Positions 8,622 through 17,021 of a stretch of 57,201 nucleotides of DNA are shown here, piece after piece; within the stretch, counting starts at the first letter, position 1, and the number at the start of each line of letters is the position of its first letter. The position numbers and the translations under genes are program-made. The notes below the pieces were generated by a model that worked only from the letters and a program-made list of their open reading frames with translations, searched no databases and had not been told where the DNA came from. Source of the DNA: Christensenellaceae bacterium (GTDB lineage Bacteria > Bacillota > Clostridia > Christensenellales > Christensenellaceae); assembly GCA_050945895.1 (NCBI GenBank), contig JBMNTU010000001.1:1-57201 (forward strand), given 5' to 3'.

Positions 8622-9035
8622 CTATTCACTCAGGGCGTAGCTGCTGCTGCCTCCCACTGTCTTTTTGGCTTCCGCCCACGCTTCCCGAAGGGAAGAAAGC
8701 ATATCGATTACCGGATCCAGCCGTTCTTTTTCCTTCGATACCGTCACCTCAACCATTTCATTGAGCATAAACTCGTAAAGGTTCATCAGGTCGTTCGACA
8801 TCTCCACCTTAAAATTCAGGCTGCGGATCAGTTCCAAAACGATTTCTTCCGCCTTTTCAATGGTATTCAGAAAATCCTGCGCCGCTGTCTCGCTTCCCGT
8901 ATCCTCTAAAAGGAGTTTTGCAATTTTCAGGTTTTTAATACAACCATCATACAGCATAATGATCAGGTCGATCGGGCTGGCTGTGGTCACATGGTTTTGT
9001 TTATAACTGTCATAAATATTTGCGGTTGCGTACAA
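8622..9035 (-). CDS. fliS: Flagellin-specific export chaperone FliS
   Basis: The N-terminus YDSYKQNHVTTASPIDLIIMLYDGCIKNLKIAK is the typical FliS signature. Confidence 0.9.
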   Translation of the reverse strand: MYATANIYDSYKQNHVTTASPIDLIIMLYDGCIKNLKIAKLLLEDTGSETAAQDFLNTIEKAEEIVLELIRSLNFKVEMSNDLMNLYEFMLNEMVEVTVSKEKERLDPVIDMLSSLREAWAEAKKTVGGSSSYALSE

Positions 9036-9093
9036 TTTTTTTACCTCCCCAAAAGGCTGTTGCTCAGTTCATCCCCAGTTTATTATGTCTATA

Positions 9094-11397
9094 TCAGCTG
9101 GCACTGCCCGTAAGAGAAGCCAACTGCTGGGTCAGCCAGCTGCTCTGCTGCTGGTACTGGGAAAGCAGCGTTTCCATTTGTGCAAACTGCAAGTAGTAAC
9201 GCTCTTCCATCTCATACATCTTAGAGAGCATATCCACCATCTTGTCGTCATTGTTGTTAATCTTTTCATCCGTCTGCTTAATCAGCGTATTACGAATCGT
9301 ATTTTCCGCACCGGAAATCTGGTCGAAGAAGCGCGAAAGCAATCCGCTCTCTTTATAAACTGTCGTTGTATCGCTCGACGACGAAACATTTGTCATCACC
9401 TTTGCAACCGCATCCGGGTCGCTCTTAAGCATCTCGCGGAATTTATCCTCATTAAACGATATCTGCCCGTAGCTATCCCAAGAACCGGTCGTAAGTCCAA
9501 TATCGTGCGCCGAAAGCCCTGTGTCGCCCACAGCCTCAAACAACGCCGACCGCATGTCAGAAAGCAGCTTCGTTATTGTCGGGTCGTTTCGCAAAATACC
9601 TTTTTTGGCTTCCGCATTCCAATTTTCAAGATCCTCGCTGGAAACCGATTCTTTTTCCGCCTGCGACAACGGCTCATAGTCAAAATCGACCTCTTCACGG
9701 ATCAGGTCGTTCAATTCCTTTACAAGCGCGTTGTATTCGGTAATAAATGCTTTAACCTTTTCAACCGTTCCGTCAATATCCTGCTCCAGGCTAAAATCGA
9801 TATTGTTCACTCCCTGCGCCGAAGCATCGAAATTCACCTTCAGGTTGAACTCAATGCCGTCCAACACAAAGTTGTTGGAGGAACGCTCTACTGTTTCCCC
9901 ATCAATCTCGATCAGCGCATTTGTGCCCGTCGCCGAAAGATCTGCATTCCCAAAGAATGAATTTGCGCCAAATGCATTGATGTTGCCGTTATTGGCCGTT
10001 TCGATCTTTGCCTCTTTTCCCGTCTCATTGCTCTTGATAACAAACGAATCGGTAATCTGGCTATAGCTCATCGTAACGCCAGCATCCGAATTGTTGACCT
10101 TCTTAACCATGCTTTCAATCGTCGTTTTGCTTGCGTCAAACGAGAAGTTCTTCCCATTGATCAAAAACCTGAACATCCCATCCGAACCCAATCCCAAATT
10201 GACGCCCATTTTTTGGGCGGCCGTTAAGATGGTATCCGTCTTCTGCGTAATCACGCCAAAATCGGTGATCTCCTGGTCATCTGCAATGCCCGTAAAGCCA
10301 CGGTTGTCCTCCGTCGCAAAGAAGTTCCCCTGTATATTTTTGAACGAAAGCTCCGTTCCCGTTCCCGATATGTTGCTGCGAAGATTAAACGCCGCTTTTT
10401 CGCCAATAACATCATAGCTGAGCGTCACATTTGCATCGGTATTGCCGTTGACTGTGTCTAATACATCCTGCAGCGTATCGTGCCTGCCAAAAGTAAATGT
10501 CTCGCCGTTAATCTCAAACGAAATCTCATTATGGTAAAATCCAAGCTTCCGGCCGGTCGCATCTTCAATCTGCTGGAGCGTCATATCGGCTGTAACAATA
10601 TTCTTGGCAACTGTCGTACCGCCGTTCACCCCAAACGCGCCGTTGACACCAAACACGCTTGGCGAGCCGTTGACATTTCCCAATACCATTTTTGCATTGG
10701 GGCCTGCCTGCGTATTTTTAAAATTGATCAATCCGTCACTGTCCACCGACATCGTAACGTTTGCAGCCGTCCGGGCGTTCACCGTGCTCATTACCTTATC
10801 CAGCGTATCCGTCTGGTTAAAACTGAACGACTGGCCGTTGACCGTAAACGCAATTTTCTGATCCGTTTGCAGATTATCAAACACTTTCGCGCCGCCGACA
10901 TACTCCAGTTGATCAAGCTGCATCGGGCCGCTCATATTAATTTCCTTATTACCCGTTACAGAGGCAAGCGAGTTGATAGCTAAATCGCCCTGTGCAGACG
11001 CAGCACGGTTTCGCTGTTTTGCCCCGTTTAGCGTTGCGCTGGCTGCAAGCTGGACTTTGCTGATAGAATGGCTGGATGCAAACGCATCCTGCGTTCCCTT
11101 GATCCCAACATAAATGTTGTCGGCCATGTTGACCTTAAACGATTTATAGGTACCGTAAGACCATACGCTGCTCGCGCTGCTCGCACTGATATACTTATTT
11201 CTTAATGCAGATAGTTTTGTATTGACATCCGTATACGCTTCCTTGGTCCAAGTAAGCTTTGTATTGGCTTTGTACAGACGGTCTACCTTGCTTTGCTCCG
11301 ATTGCATTAATTTTGCAACCAAAGAATCCGTATCCATCCCCGAAGAAAGACCGGTGATCCTCGTTGTATTGTACGAACTAATTGGGCTAACAGCCAT
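9094..11397 (-). CDS. fliD: Flagellar filament cap protein FliD (HAP2), long form
   Basis: The N-terminus ITGLSSGMDTDSLVAKLMQSEQ and C-terminus RYYLQFAQMETLLSQYQQQSSWL are the conserved FliD terminal helices. Confidence 0.9.
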   Translation of the reverse strand: MAVSPISSYNTTRITGLSSGMDTDSLVAKLMQSEQSKVDRLYKANTKLTWTKEAYTDVNTKLSALRNKYISASSASSVWSYGTYKSFKVNMADNIYVGIKGTQDAFASSHSISKVQLAASATLNGAKQRNRAASAQGDLAINSLASVTGNKEINMSGPMQLDQLEYVGGAKVFDNLQTDQKIAFTVNGQSFSFNQTDTLDKVMSTVNARTAANVTMSVDSDGLINFKNTQAGPNAKMVLGNVNGSPSVFGVNGAFGVNGGTTVAKNIVTADMTLQQIEDATGRKLGFYHNEISFEINGETFTFGRHDTLQDVLDTVNGNTDANVTLSYDVIGEKAAFNLRSNISGTGTELSFKNIQGNFFATEDNRGFTGIADDQEITDFGVITQKTDTILTAAQKMGVNLGLGSDGMFRFLINGKNFSFDASKTTIESMVKKVNNSDAGVTMSYSQITDSFVIKSNETGKEAKIETANNGNINAFGANSFFGNADLSATGTNALIEIDGETVERSSNNFVLDGIEFNLKVNFDASAQGVNNIDFSLEQDIDGTVEKVKAFITEYNALVKELNDLIREEVDFDYEPLSQAEKESVSSEDLENWNAEAKKGILRNDPTITKLLSDMRSALFEAVGDTGLSAHDIGLTTGSWDSYGQISFNEDKFREMLKSDPDAVAKVMTNVSSSSDTTTVYKESGLLSRFFDQISGAENTIRNTLIKQTDEKINNNDDKMVDMLSKMYEMEERYYLQFAQMETLLSQYQQQSSWLTQQLASLTGSAS

Positions 11398-11443
11398 GAT
11401 ATCTCACTCCTTTTATCATTCTAAAGCATAACTATTAATACTT

Positions 11444-11470
11444 ATATCGGCGAATACAAAAAAAACTTTA
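11444..11470 (-). promoter_or_regulatory. Sigma-28 (FliA/SigD) promoter of the fliD operon
   Basis: The minus strand reads TAAA-gttttttttgtattc-GCCGATAT, an exact TAAA-N15-GCCGATAT match, about 45 nt upstream of the fliD ATG. Confidence 0.8.
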
Positions 11471-11492
11471 TCAATTTTTACAGGAAAAAACT

Positions 11493-12452
11493 TTAAATGT
11501 GTACAAAATATTCCGTTTGTTCGGTAATTGCAGGACCATAAAGTGAATTGATATAGGTATAATTGCTCGGCGTGCTGCCTGCCTGTGCCAATGCAACCCC
11601 ATTCGCAGAGCTGTACACGCCGTTCTCCGAAGGGCTTACAACCATCATATGCCCGTCTCCTGCGGCGCTCTTGTACGACGCAACGGCAGGCATGCCGCTA
11701 TTTGCGTAGCGTTGCGCATCTTCCGCCGAAACCTTTGTCCAACCATAAGCTGCACCATATGTATTGAGCCAGTCGTTTTCCGCATTGGCGTTTGCCGCTG
11801 TTCCAGCGCCAACTGCCGCAGGTGCCCCTGTGGACGAATTTATATAATACGGAATCTCTGCTCCCATTGCACGCGTAACATCCCAAACAAAAACATTTTC
11901 TGGTACAACACTCGTTCCACCGGGGTTATAGCGCCGGTTCAGCTCTACATTGAACTGGTCGATTACCGCGCGGTAGCTGTCCGCCGCACGCTCGCCCGAA
12001 ACATTCGTCACAGACAGCTCTGCAGCCGGAACTGTGTTATTCATTGTATAAGCGTTTGCTCCATACACATGCTGGTGGCCGGTTGTATTTGCCGTCTGCG
12101 CAGAAGATGTATTTCCTGTCAACGCGTTCAAAAGCGAAGAGTTGTTGTTTTTCCCACTGCCGTCCGCCAAGAGCAGCAATAGCAGCATCATTGTAAGACT
12201 GCTGGAAGAAGAACTGTCGCCCGTTCCAAATAGAGACCCCATACCCGTCAACCCGGTCATGCTGTCCATATAAGAAGACGTACCGCCCGTTCCCGAAAAG
12301 TCGAGCGCCGAACCCAGCGAAGACGCCATATAGGTGTTCAGCAATGTCGAAAAGGCGTTGTTCGTTCCCGCCGCATTCGTATTCGTCTGAGACTGCCCGC
12401 TCAAAATACCACTTGTAAGCAGGTTGCTTGCTCCGCTTATATCTATGGCCAT
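11493..12452 (-). CDS. Uncharacterised protein: S/T/G/N-rich disordered N-terminal half plus a Cys-less papain-like-amidase-like C-terminal domain
   Basis: A strong SD (GGGGAGGAG, 7 nt) precedes ATG 12452. The C-terminal part reads ENVFVWDVTRAMGAEIP ... WTKVSAEDAQRYANSG ... DGHMMVV. The whole protein contains no cysteine. Confidence 0.75.
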   Translation of the reverse strand: MAIDISGASNLLTSGILSGQSQTNTNAAGTNNAFSTLLNTYMASSLGSALDFSGTGGTSSYMDSMTGLTGMGSLFGTGDSSSSSSLTMMLLLLLLADGSGKNNNSSLLNALTGNTSSAQTANTTGHQHVYGANAYTMNNTVPAAELSVTNVSGERAADSYRAVIDQFNVELNRRYNPGGTSVVPENVFVWDVTRAMGAEIPYYINSSTGAPAAVGAGTAANANAENDWLNTYGAAYGWTKVSAEDAQRYANSGMPAVASYKSAAGDGHMMVVSPSENGVYSSANGVALAQAGSTPSNYTYINSLYGPAITEQTEYFVHI

Positions 12453-12487
12453 TCGGCTTCTCCTCCCCACGTTCAAACTTACGTCTG

Positions 12488-12516
12488 ATTGTAGCACTTT
12501 CCCTCAAAAAAATCAA
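12488..12516 (-). promoter_or_regulatory. Putative sigma-A promoter (TTGATT-N17-TACAAT with TG extension)
   Basis: The minus strand reads TTGATT-tttttgagggaaagTGc-TACAAT. It lies immediately after the stop of the FliK-like gene and 35 nt upstream of the next ATG. Confidence 0.5.
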
Positions 12517-12519
12517 AAT

Positions 12520-14415
12520 TTAAATCGATATATCGATCGCCTGCAGCGAAAAGTTTTCTGTGGCTTCCCCCAGCATTTGCTGCGCATTCATAGGCGTTAC
12601 CGGCTGCTTCATCAACACCACCTCTATCCCTTCCACCCGAAAGTCCTCCTCGCGCAAAAGCGCGTCCAGTTCTTCCACCTCTTCAGACAGAAAGCTCTGC
12701 ACCCATTCCGTTTCCACACGAAGCTCCAGCCGCAGCACCGTTTCCTCGTTCGCACGCAAAACCGTTTCCACCCGGCCCAAGTGTTCCGTATCCAGTGCAA
12801 TCAAAACCGTGGTATTTGTCCGTTCTCCTGCCTCTCCTTTTCCTCTGCGTTCAAACACATACAGCTCCGCCGTATTCTTGTTTTGCGCAATCTCATACGG
12901 AATCTGGCAATAATAAAAGTTCTCCAGTTGGTTTCCCAGCTGTACCTGTGAAGAGATATCGCCCGCACGCTGCGCAGCCGCACTCCCTTCACCCATCAGG
13001 CGCGCCGTGCTGCTTTTAATTCCATCGGCAAGGCCCTGCTGCGCACGCAGGGCATCTTGCAGCGCTTGTGCATCCACCGGAACATCACGTTTTATGGGCA
13101 CGGTAAACTTGCCGATTTCCCCAATCACCTGCCGTAGCTGGTTTGCCAGTTCGCCCCTGTATCCGGACGGCTGATGCGCTTCCGTGTTTTGCACAGGCGA
13201 AGACGCCTGCCCTTCGCCTGTCGCAGCAGTAACAGGAGCCTGCTGTATAGCCGCCTCTCCCTGCACATTTGAGGCGACTATCTGTGCAGATGGTGGCGCG
13301 GGCTGCTGCGCTTCCGTTTGCACACCCTGCCCCGTCGGCGTTTGCGCTGTCTGCTGCGGCTGCTGCGCCGTCTGCTCTGGCTGCTGTATTTGTTGCGCAG
13401 GCTGTTCCTGCGTATTCACTGCCGGTTGGCCCGGATTTTGCTGTTGCGCCACTTGCGTGCCTTCCTGTCCGGCAGGCGCCGCCTGCACAGGCTGGCCGGT
13501 ATTTTCTGTCAGCGTCTGTCCTGCGTTTTCCTGCACCGCAAGGTTGCCCGTGCGGAACGCAGTCAACAGCTGTTCCGCCGCCGCTACACGCGCCTCGGGC
13601 GGCAAATCGAACCCGCGCACAAACTCCGCTATCATCACACGCGCTTCGCTTTCGCTTGCGCCTGCAAGCTGCCCCGCAAGCTCGGCCAATGCGCCCGAAT
13701 TGTTTCCAATCACTTCGGGAAGCGGCGTCTGTGCTTTATTTAACGCCGACAGAAACGTGTCTGTAAATACCGCCTGCGGCGTTTGCGCCGTTTGGTTCGC
13801 CTCGCTCAACACCTGGTTCAAAATCGCCGTTAGCTCCTGCGTCTTGTCCCCCAGCATAAATTCCGGATTATTGAACCATCCTAAAAGCGTTGCAATATTC
13901 TGCTCCGATATGGGTACGTTGTTTTCCGTCATAAAAAGCGCCACTGCTGCCGGAAGCTCCGGAAACTGTGCAATGATCCGCGCCATATGGTTAATTCTTC
14001 CTGCCGTCGGCTGAAGGCCCCTGTCCGCCAAATACTCCGCAATCTTCGTATTCACTTTGGACGGCTCTACGCCAATGTCCATCAGGCGTATTTCCATCTC
14101 CCCCGTTTCCAGGTTCACCGTCTGCCCGTTCAGCATAGAAAGGCGCAACCGCATCTCTCCCCCGCCGCGCTCTGTCAAAGTCAGCTCAAGCAAATCGCCC
14201 GGCATCACTTCAAGCCCCGCAGGAAATTCTGCCGTAATTGTATTTCCATCATTTGTTTTGAGCGTCACCTTACCGTCCGAAATTCCAACCACTTCCGCCT
14301 GAACCGTTCCGCCAACCGGTGTGCCTGCAAACAAAACCCGTCCGCTATCCTGGGTGGAGCCCTGCCCCTTTACCTGGTTTGTATTGATTTGTATTGGAAG
14401 CGATGGAATTTGCAC
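12520..14415 (-). CDS. Second FliK-like (hook-length-control-like) protein, 631 aa
   Basis: The C-terminal segment LDTEHLGRVETVLRANEETVLRLELRVETEWVQSFLSEEVEELDALLREEDFRVEGIEVV resembles the Flg_hook domain of the canonical FliK at 22529-23890. The centre is long and Q/P/A-rich. The start is GTG behind GGAGG. Confidence 0.65.
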   Translation of the reverse strand: MQIPSLPIQINTNQVKGQGSTQDSGRVLFAGTPVGGTVQAEVVGISDGKVTLKTNDGNTITAEFPAGLEVMPGDLLELTLTERGGGEMRLRLSMLNGQTVNLETGEMEIRLMDIGVEPSKVNTKIAEYLADRGLQPTAGRINHMARIIAQFPELPAAVALFMTENNVPISEQNIATLLGWFNNPEFMLGDKTQELTAILNQVLSEANQTAQTPQAVFTDTFLSALNKAQTPLPEVIGNNSGALAELAGQLAGASESEARVMIAEFVRGFDLPPEARVAAAEQLLTAFRTGNLAVQENAGQTLTENTGQPVQAAPAGQEGTQVAQQQNPGQPAVNTQEQPAQQIQQPEQTAQQPQQTAQTPTGQGVQTEAQQPAPPSAQIVASNVQGEAAIQQAPVTAATGEGQASSPVQNTEAHQPSGYRGELANQLRQVIGEIGKFTVPIKRDVPVDAQALQDALRAQQGLADGIKSSTARLMGEGSAAAQRAGDISSQVQLGNQLENFYYCQIPYEIAQNKNTAELYVFERRGKGEAGERTNTTVLIALDTEHLGRVETVLRANEETVLRLELRVETEWVQSFLSEEVEELDALLREEDFRVEGIEVVLMKQPVTPMNAQQMLGEATENFSLQAIDISI

Positions 14416-14473
14416 TGTTTTTCCTCCATAAAGATACTATTTATATCTACTATCGTCACTTTCAAAATAAAAT

Positions 14474-14500
14474 TAAATAATTTTTCCAAACTTCCGATGA
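14474..14500 (+). promoter_or_regulatory. Sigma-28-like promoter upstream of the orphan FlhB-C gene
   Basis: The plus strand reads TAAA-taatttttccaaact-TCCGATGA. The -35 and spacing are correct and the -10 keeps the CCGAT core. Confidence 0.45.
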
Positions 14501-14601
14501 ACATACTATAAAAAGGATAAACATATCTTGCTCCGCTAAACGGTATTGTTTATCCTGTTGTACACGCCGCGTCATCTTTTTCTGTGTTTTTGAAAAAAAC
14601 A

Positions 14602-14610
14602 TGGTATAAT
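14602..14610 (+). promoter_or_regulatory. Putative sigma-A extended -10 element
   Basis: The plus strand reads TGgTATAAT, 30 nt upstream of ATG 14640. Confidence 0.4.
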
Positions 14611-14639
14611 AGCAAATAAACCCAACAGGAAATGATTTT

Positions 14640-14930
14640 ATGGAAAAGCAACCGGAAAAACGCAAACAGGCCGCCGCCCTCAAATACGACCCTGCGCTGG
14701 ACAACGCCCCTATCATAACGGCGCTTGGCCTGGGCAAAGTTGCGGAAAAAATCATTGAGAAGGCCGAAACAAGCGATGTCCCCGTGTTGGAGAACAAGCA
14801 GCTCTCCGACATACTGATGGGCCTTTCGGTCGGCGATGCCATCCCCCCCAAGCTTTACGAAGCCGTCGCTCAAATCCTTATTTTCATCAGCCAAAAGGAC
14901 AATAAGTTTTTCGATAAAATCAAATTTTAG
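14640..14930 (+). CDS. Stand-alone FlhB C-terminal-domain paralogue (YlqH-like, EscU/YscU/FlhB cytoplasmic subdomain)
   Basis: AAALKYDPALDNAPIITALGLGKVAEKIIEKAETSDVPVLENKQLSDIL..IPPKLYEAVAQIL aligns with FlhB residues following the NPT(H/E) site (YAVALRYDEAVADAPRVVAKGKNLIAAKIKEIAQEHNVEIMEDKPLARSLY..IPVELYQAVAEIL). No TM domain is present. Confidence 0.85.
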   Translation: MEKQPEKRKQAAALKYDPALDNAPIITALGLGKVAEKIIEKAETSDVPVLENKQLSDILMGLSVGDAIPPKLYEAVAQILIFISQKDNKFFDKIKF

Positions 14931-14941
14931 TAAATATATAT

Positions 14942-14985
14942 AAAAACCGTGCAACCCATCGGGAAGGCACGGCTTTTTATTTTCT
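14942..14985. terminator. Bidirectional intrinsic terminator between the convergent flhB-C-like and cheB genes
   Basis: The sequence reads AAAAACCGTGCaaCCCatcGGGaagGCACGGCTTTTTATTTT. The stem is flanked by an A-run and a T-run. Confidence 0.7.
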
Positions 14986-14990
14986 GTGCG

Positions 14991-15602
14991 TCATCGCGAC
15001 AAATACGCCAAAACCAATTTTGCAATATCATGGACGCCTGCCTGGCGCGTTACCGCGTTGATCTGCTTGGCTACCATTGGCATACCGTATACCACCGAAG
15101 ACTTTTCATCCTGCCCAATGGTATAAGCGCCCTTTTGCCGCATGGCCAAAAGCCCCTTTGCGCCGTCTGCGCCCATGCCCGTCAAAATAATGCCCAGCGT
15201 ATTTTTGTCTGCAAACTTTGCAACCGAGTGAAACATTACATCCACAGACGGCCTGTGCCCGTTGACCTTGTCTCCGTCCGAACACCGGATGGTATAGCTC
15301 CCGCCTGTTTTAATAACGACAACATGCTTGTCGCCCGGCGCAACATACGCATGGCCGGGCAAAACAACGTCGCAATCCTCCGCTTCTTTTACAGTTAACG
15401 CGCTTTCCTTATTCAGCCGCTCGGCGTACAGCTTCGTAAAAACCGGCGGCATATGCTGAACGATAACAATACCCGGCACACTTGCGGGCAGCTCCTTCAA
15501 AATCACGCTTGTCGCTTCCGTTCCTCCGGTAGAAGCGCCCAGCGCAATCAGGCCTCTTGCCTTATCTGCAGTTATTCGTTCTTTTGTGCTGCCAACTTGC
15601 AT
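14991..15602 (-). CDS. cheB: Protein-glutamate methylesterase CheB, catalytic domain only (no receiver domain)
   Basis: The 203-aa protein carries the motifs GASTGGTEA, VIVQHMPPVFT, HAYVAPGDKHV, GHRPSVDVMF and LTGMGADGAKG. The ORF starts at the linker. Only 159 nt of non-coding DNA lie upstream, which is too little for a REC domain. Confidence 0.85.
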   Translation of the reverse strand: MQVGSTKERITADKARGLIALGASTGGTEATSVILKELPASVPGIVIVQHMPPVFTKLYAERLNKESALTVKEAEDCDVVLPGHAYVAPGDKHVVVIKTGGSYTIRCSDGDKVNGHRPSVDVMFHSVAKFADKNTLGIILTGMGADGAKGLLAMRQKGAYTIGQDEKSSVVYGMPMVAKQINAVTRQAGVHDIAKLVLAYLSR

Positions 15603-15673
15603 AAAACGTCCCTATCCACCCCCGGCGCACATCTGGTCTATTGCGCCTGCGCTTATCTATCTTACATATGGAA

Positions 15674-15702
15674 ATGATACCAAAAAGCACCTCGCACTGC
15701 AA
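15674..15702 (-). promoter_or_regulatory. Putative sigma-A promoter of cheB
   Basis: The minus strand reads TTGCAG-tgcgaggtgcttttTGg-TATCAT (17-nt spacer, TG extension). It lies just downstream of the fliY terminator. Confidence 0.55.
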
Positions 15703-15704
15703 GC

Positions 15705-15747
15705 GCAAAAAAACATCCCCATGCTTTTCACGCATCGCACGGGGATA
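15705..15747 (-). terminator. Intrinsic terminator after fliY
   Basis: The minus strand reads ATCCCCGTGC-gatgcgtgaaaa-GCATGGGGAT followed by GTTTTTTTG. This is a 10-bp stem including one G-U pair. Confidence 0.75.
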
Positions 15748-15761
15748 TATTCATCCAAAAA

Positions 15762-17021
15762 TTATTCAATCAACTCGGAAGTTGGCGGCATATTGATCTC
15801 TGTGATTCGCACGCCATAGTCTTCGTCAATAACCACGACCTCACCTTTGCCAATTTTTTTGCCATTGACCAAAATATCCACCGGTTCGCCTGCAACCCGA
15901 TCCAAGACAATTACCGAACCGGTGTTAAAATGCAATATTTCTTTAATTTGTTTTTTTGTTTTGCCCAGCTCCACCGTTACCTGCATGGGAACATCCAGCA
16001 GCATTTCGATATTATCGACAGAAGCGCCTCTTGCGTCGTAGGCATTGGAAAAACTTGGGAACTGTGCATTTTGCACATTGACATCCTGCTGTTCCCGAAT
16101 GACATTGTGAGACTCCATCATCGGCGCCTGCTGGTAGGCCGGCTGCGGCGCATATGTGGGCGGCGGTGCCTGTGGCTGCGGTGCAGGCGCGGGTGCCGGC
16201 GCAGCGGCCGGAGCCGGGGCCGGAGCTGCTGCGGCAGCCGGTTGCGGTGCAGGCGCGGGTTCTTCTGCGCCCCCACCAATTTCGTCCATCACAGTCTTTG
16301 CCATCGTTTTTGCAAAGTTATACGGCAAAAGCTGCATAATTTCGCTCACCAGCAAGCCTTCAATTTCCATTACAAAATTGATTTTGACCAGCATGTCATC
16401 CTCAATTTCAAAATTATCGGAAATCCGGTCGTCTTGGATATTCAACTTTTTAATAATGGGCGTGGAAATATCCACTTCACGGTTCAACAGGTCTGCGAGC
16501 GACGTTGCAGAAGAACCGATCATTTGGTTCATTACTTCGCCAATTGCACTCAGGTGAATTTCATTCAATTCAACATTGTTCGGGTCTATTTCATTCGGGT
16601 CTTCCCCCAGAAGCACCGCTGTTATCAGCGCAACGTCATATTCCTTTAAAATCAACAGGTTGTCGCCGGTAAGCCCTTTGATATAGCTGACGTCGGCTAC
16701 CACAATGGGCGCAGGATATTCTTCGCTCAGGCTATCTACGGTATGTATAGATATGGACGGAGTGGTAATAACAACCTTTTTGGTCAGGAGGGTAGACATT
16801 GTAGTGGCGGAAGTCCCCATGCATATATTTCCGACTTCGCCCAAAATATCCTGTTCATTTTTGGTCAGGTAATCGTCTACGGCAAGCGTTTCATCTCCAG
16901 CTGCCGGAGCCGACGAAGTATCTTCTGCAGCGGCATCATCCCCTCCGGTGCCATTCAGCAGTTTTTCGATTTCTTCCGGGCTCATTACTTCGTTACTCAA
17001 TGTTCTCATTCTCCTTGACAA
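15762..17021 (-). CDS. fliY: Flagellar switch protein FliY (CheC-like phosphatase domain fused to FliN)
   Basis: CheC-type motifs (DILGEVGNICMGTSATTMS; LSAIGEVMNQMIGSSATSL) are followed by an Ala/Pro-rich linker and a C-terminal FliN/SpoA domain (VTVELGKTKKQIKEILHFNTGSVIVLD). Confidence 0.9.
   Translation of the reverse strand: MSRRMRTLSNEVMSPEEIEKLLNGTGGDDAAAEDTSSAPAAGDETLAVDDYLTKNEQDILGEVGNICMGTSATTMSTLLTKKVVITTPSISIHTVDSLSEEYPAPIVVADVSYIKGLTGDNLLILKEYDVALITAVLLGEDPNEIDPNNVELNEIHLSAIGEVMNQMIGSSATSLADLLNREVDISTPIIKKLNIQDDRISDNFEIEDDMLVKINFVMEIEGLLVSEIMQLLPYNFAKTMAKTVMDEIGGGAEEPAPAPQPAAAAAPAPAPAAAPAPAPAPQPQAPPPTYAPQPAYQQAPMMESHNVIREQQDVNVQNAQFPSFSNAYDARGASVDNIEMLLDVPMQVTVELGKTKKQIKEILHFNTGSVIVLDRVAGEPVDILVNGKKIGKGEVVVIDEDYGVRITEINMPPTSELIE

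Noticed and set aside
10595-10602. An exact GCCGATAT on the minus strand inside fliD. A similar GCCGATAA lies inside fliA near 45992-45999.
   Set aside because: Neither has TAAA at the N15 position and both lie within coding sequence, so these are isolated -10-like octamers only.
16150-16270. GC-rich, quasi-repetitive DNA (GCAGGCGCGGGTGCCGG...) that might be taken for a tandem repeat. Similar Q/P-rich DNA lies at about 13250-13520, and K/P-rich DNA at about 24440-24640.
   Set aside because: These stretches encode low-complexity linkers of real proteins: the FliY Ala/Pro linker, the FliK-like Q/P ruler and the YlxF-like Lys/Pro tail. They are not CRISPR, satellite or mobile-element repeats.
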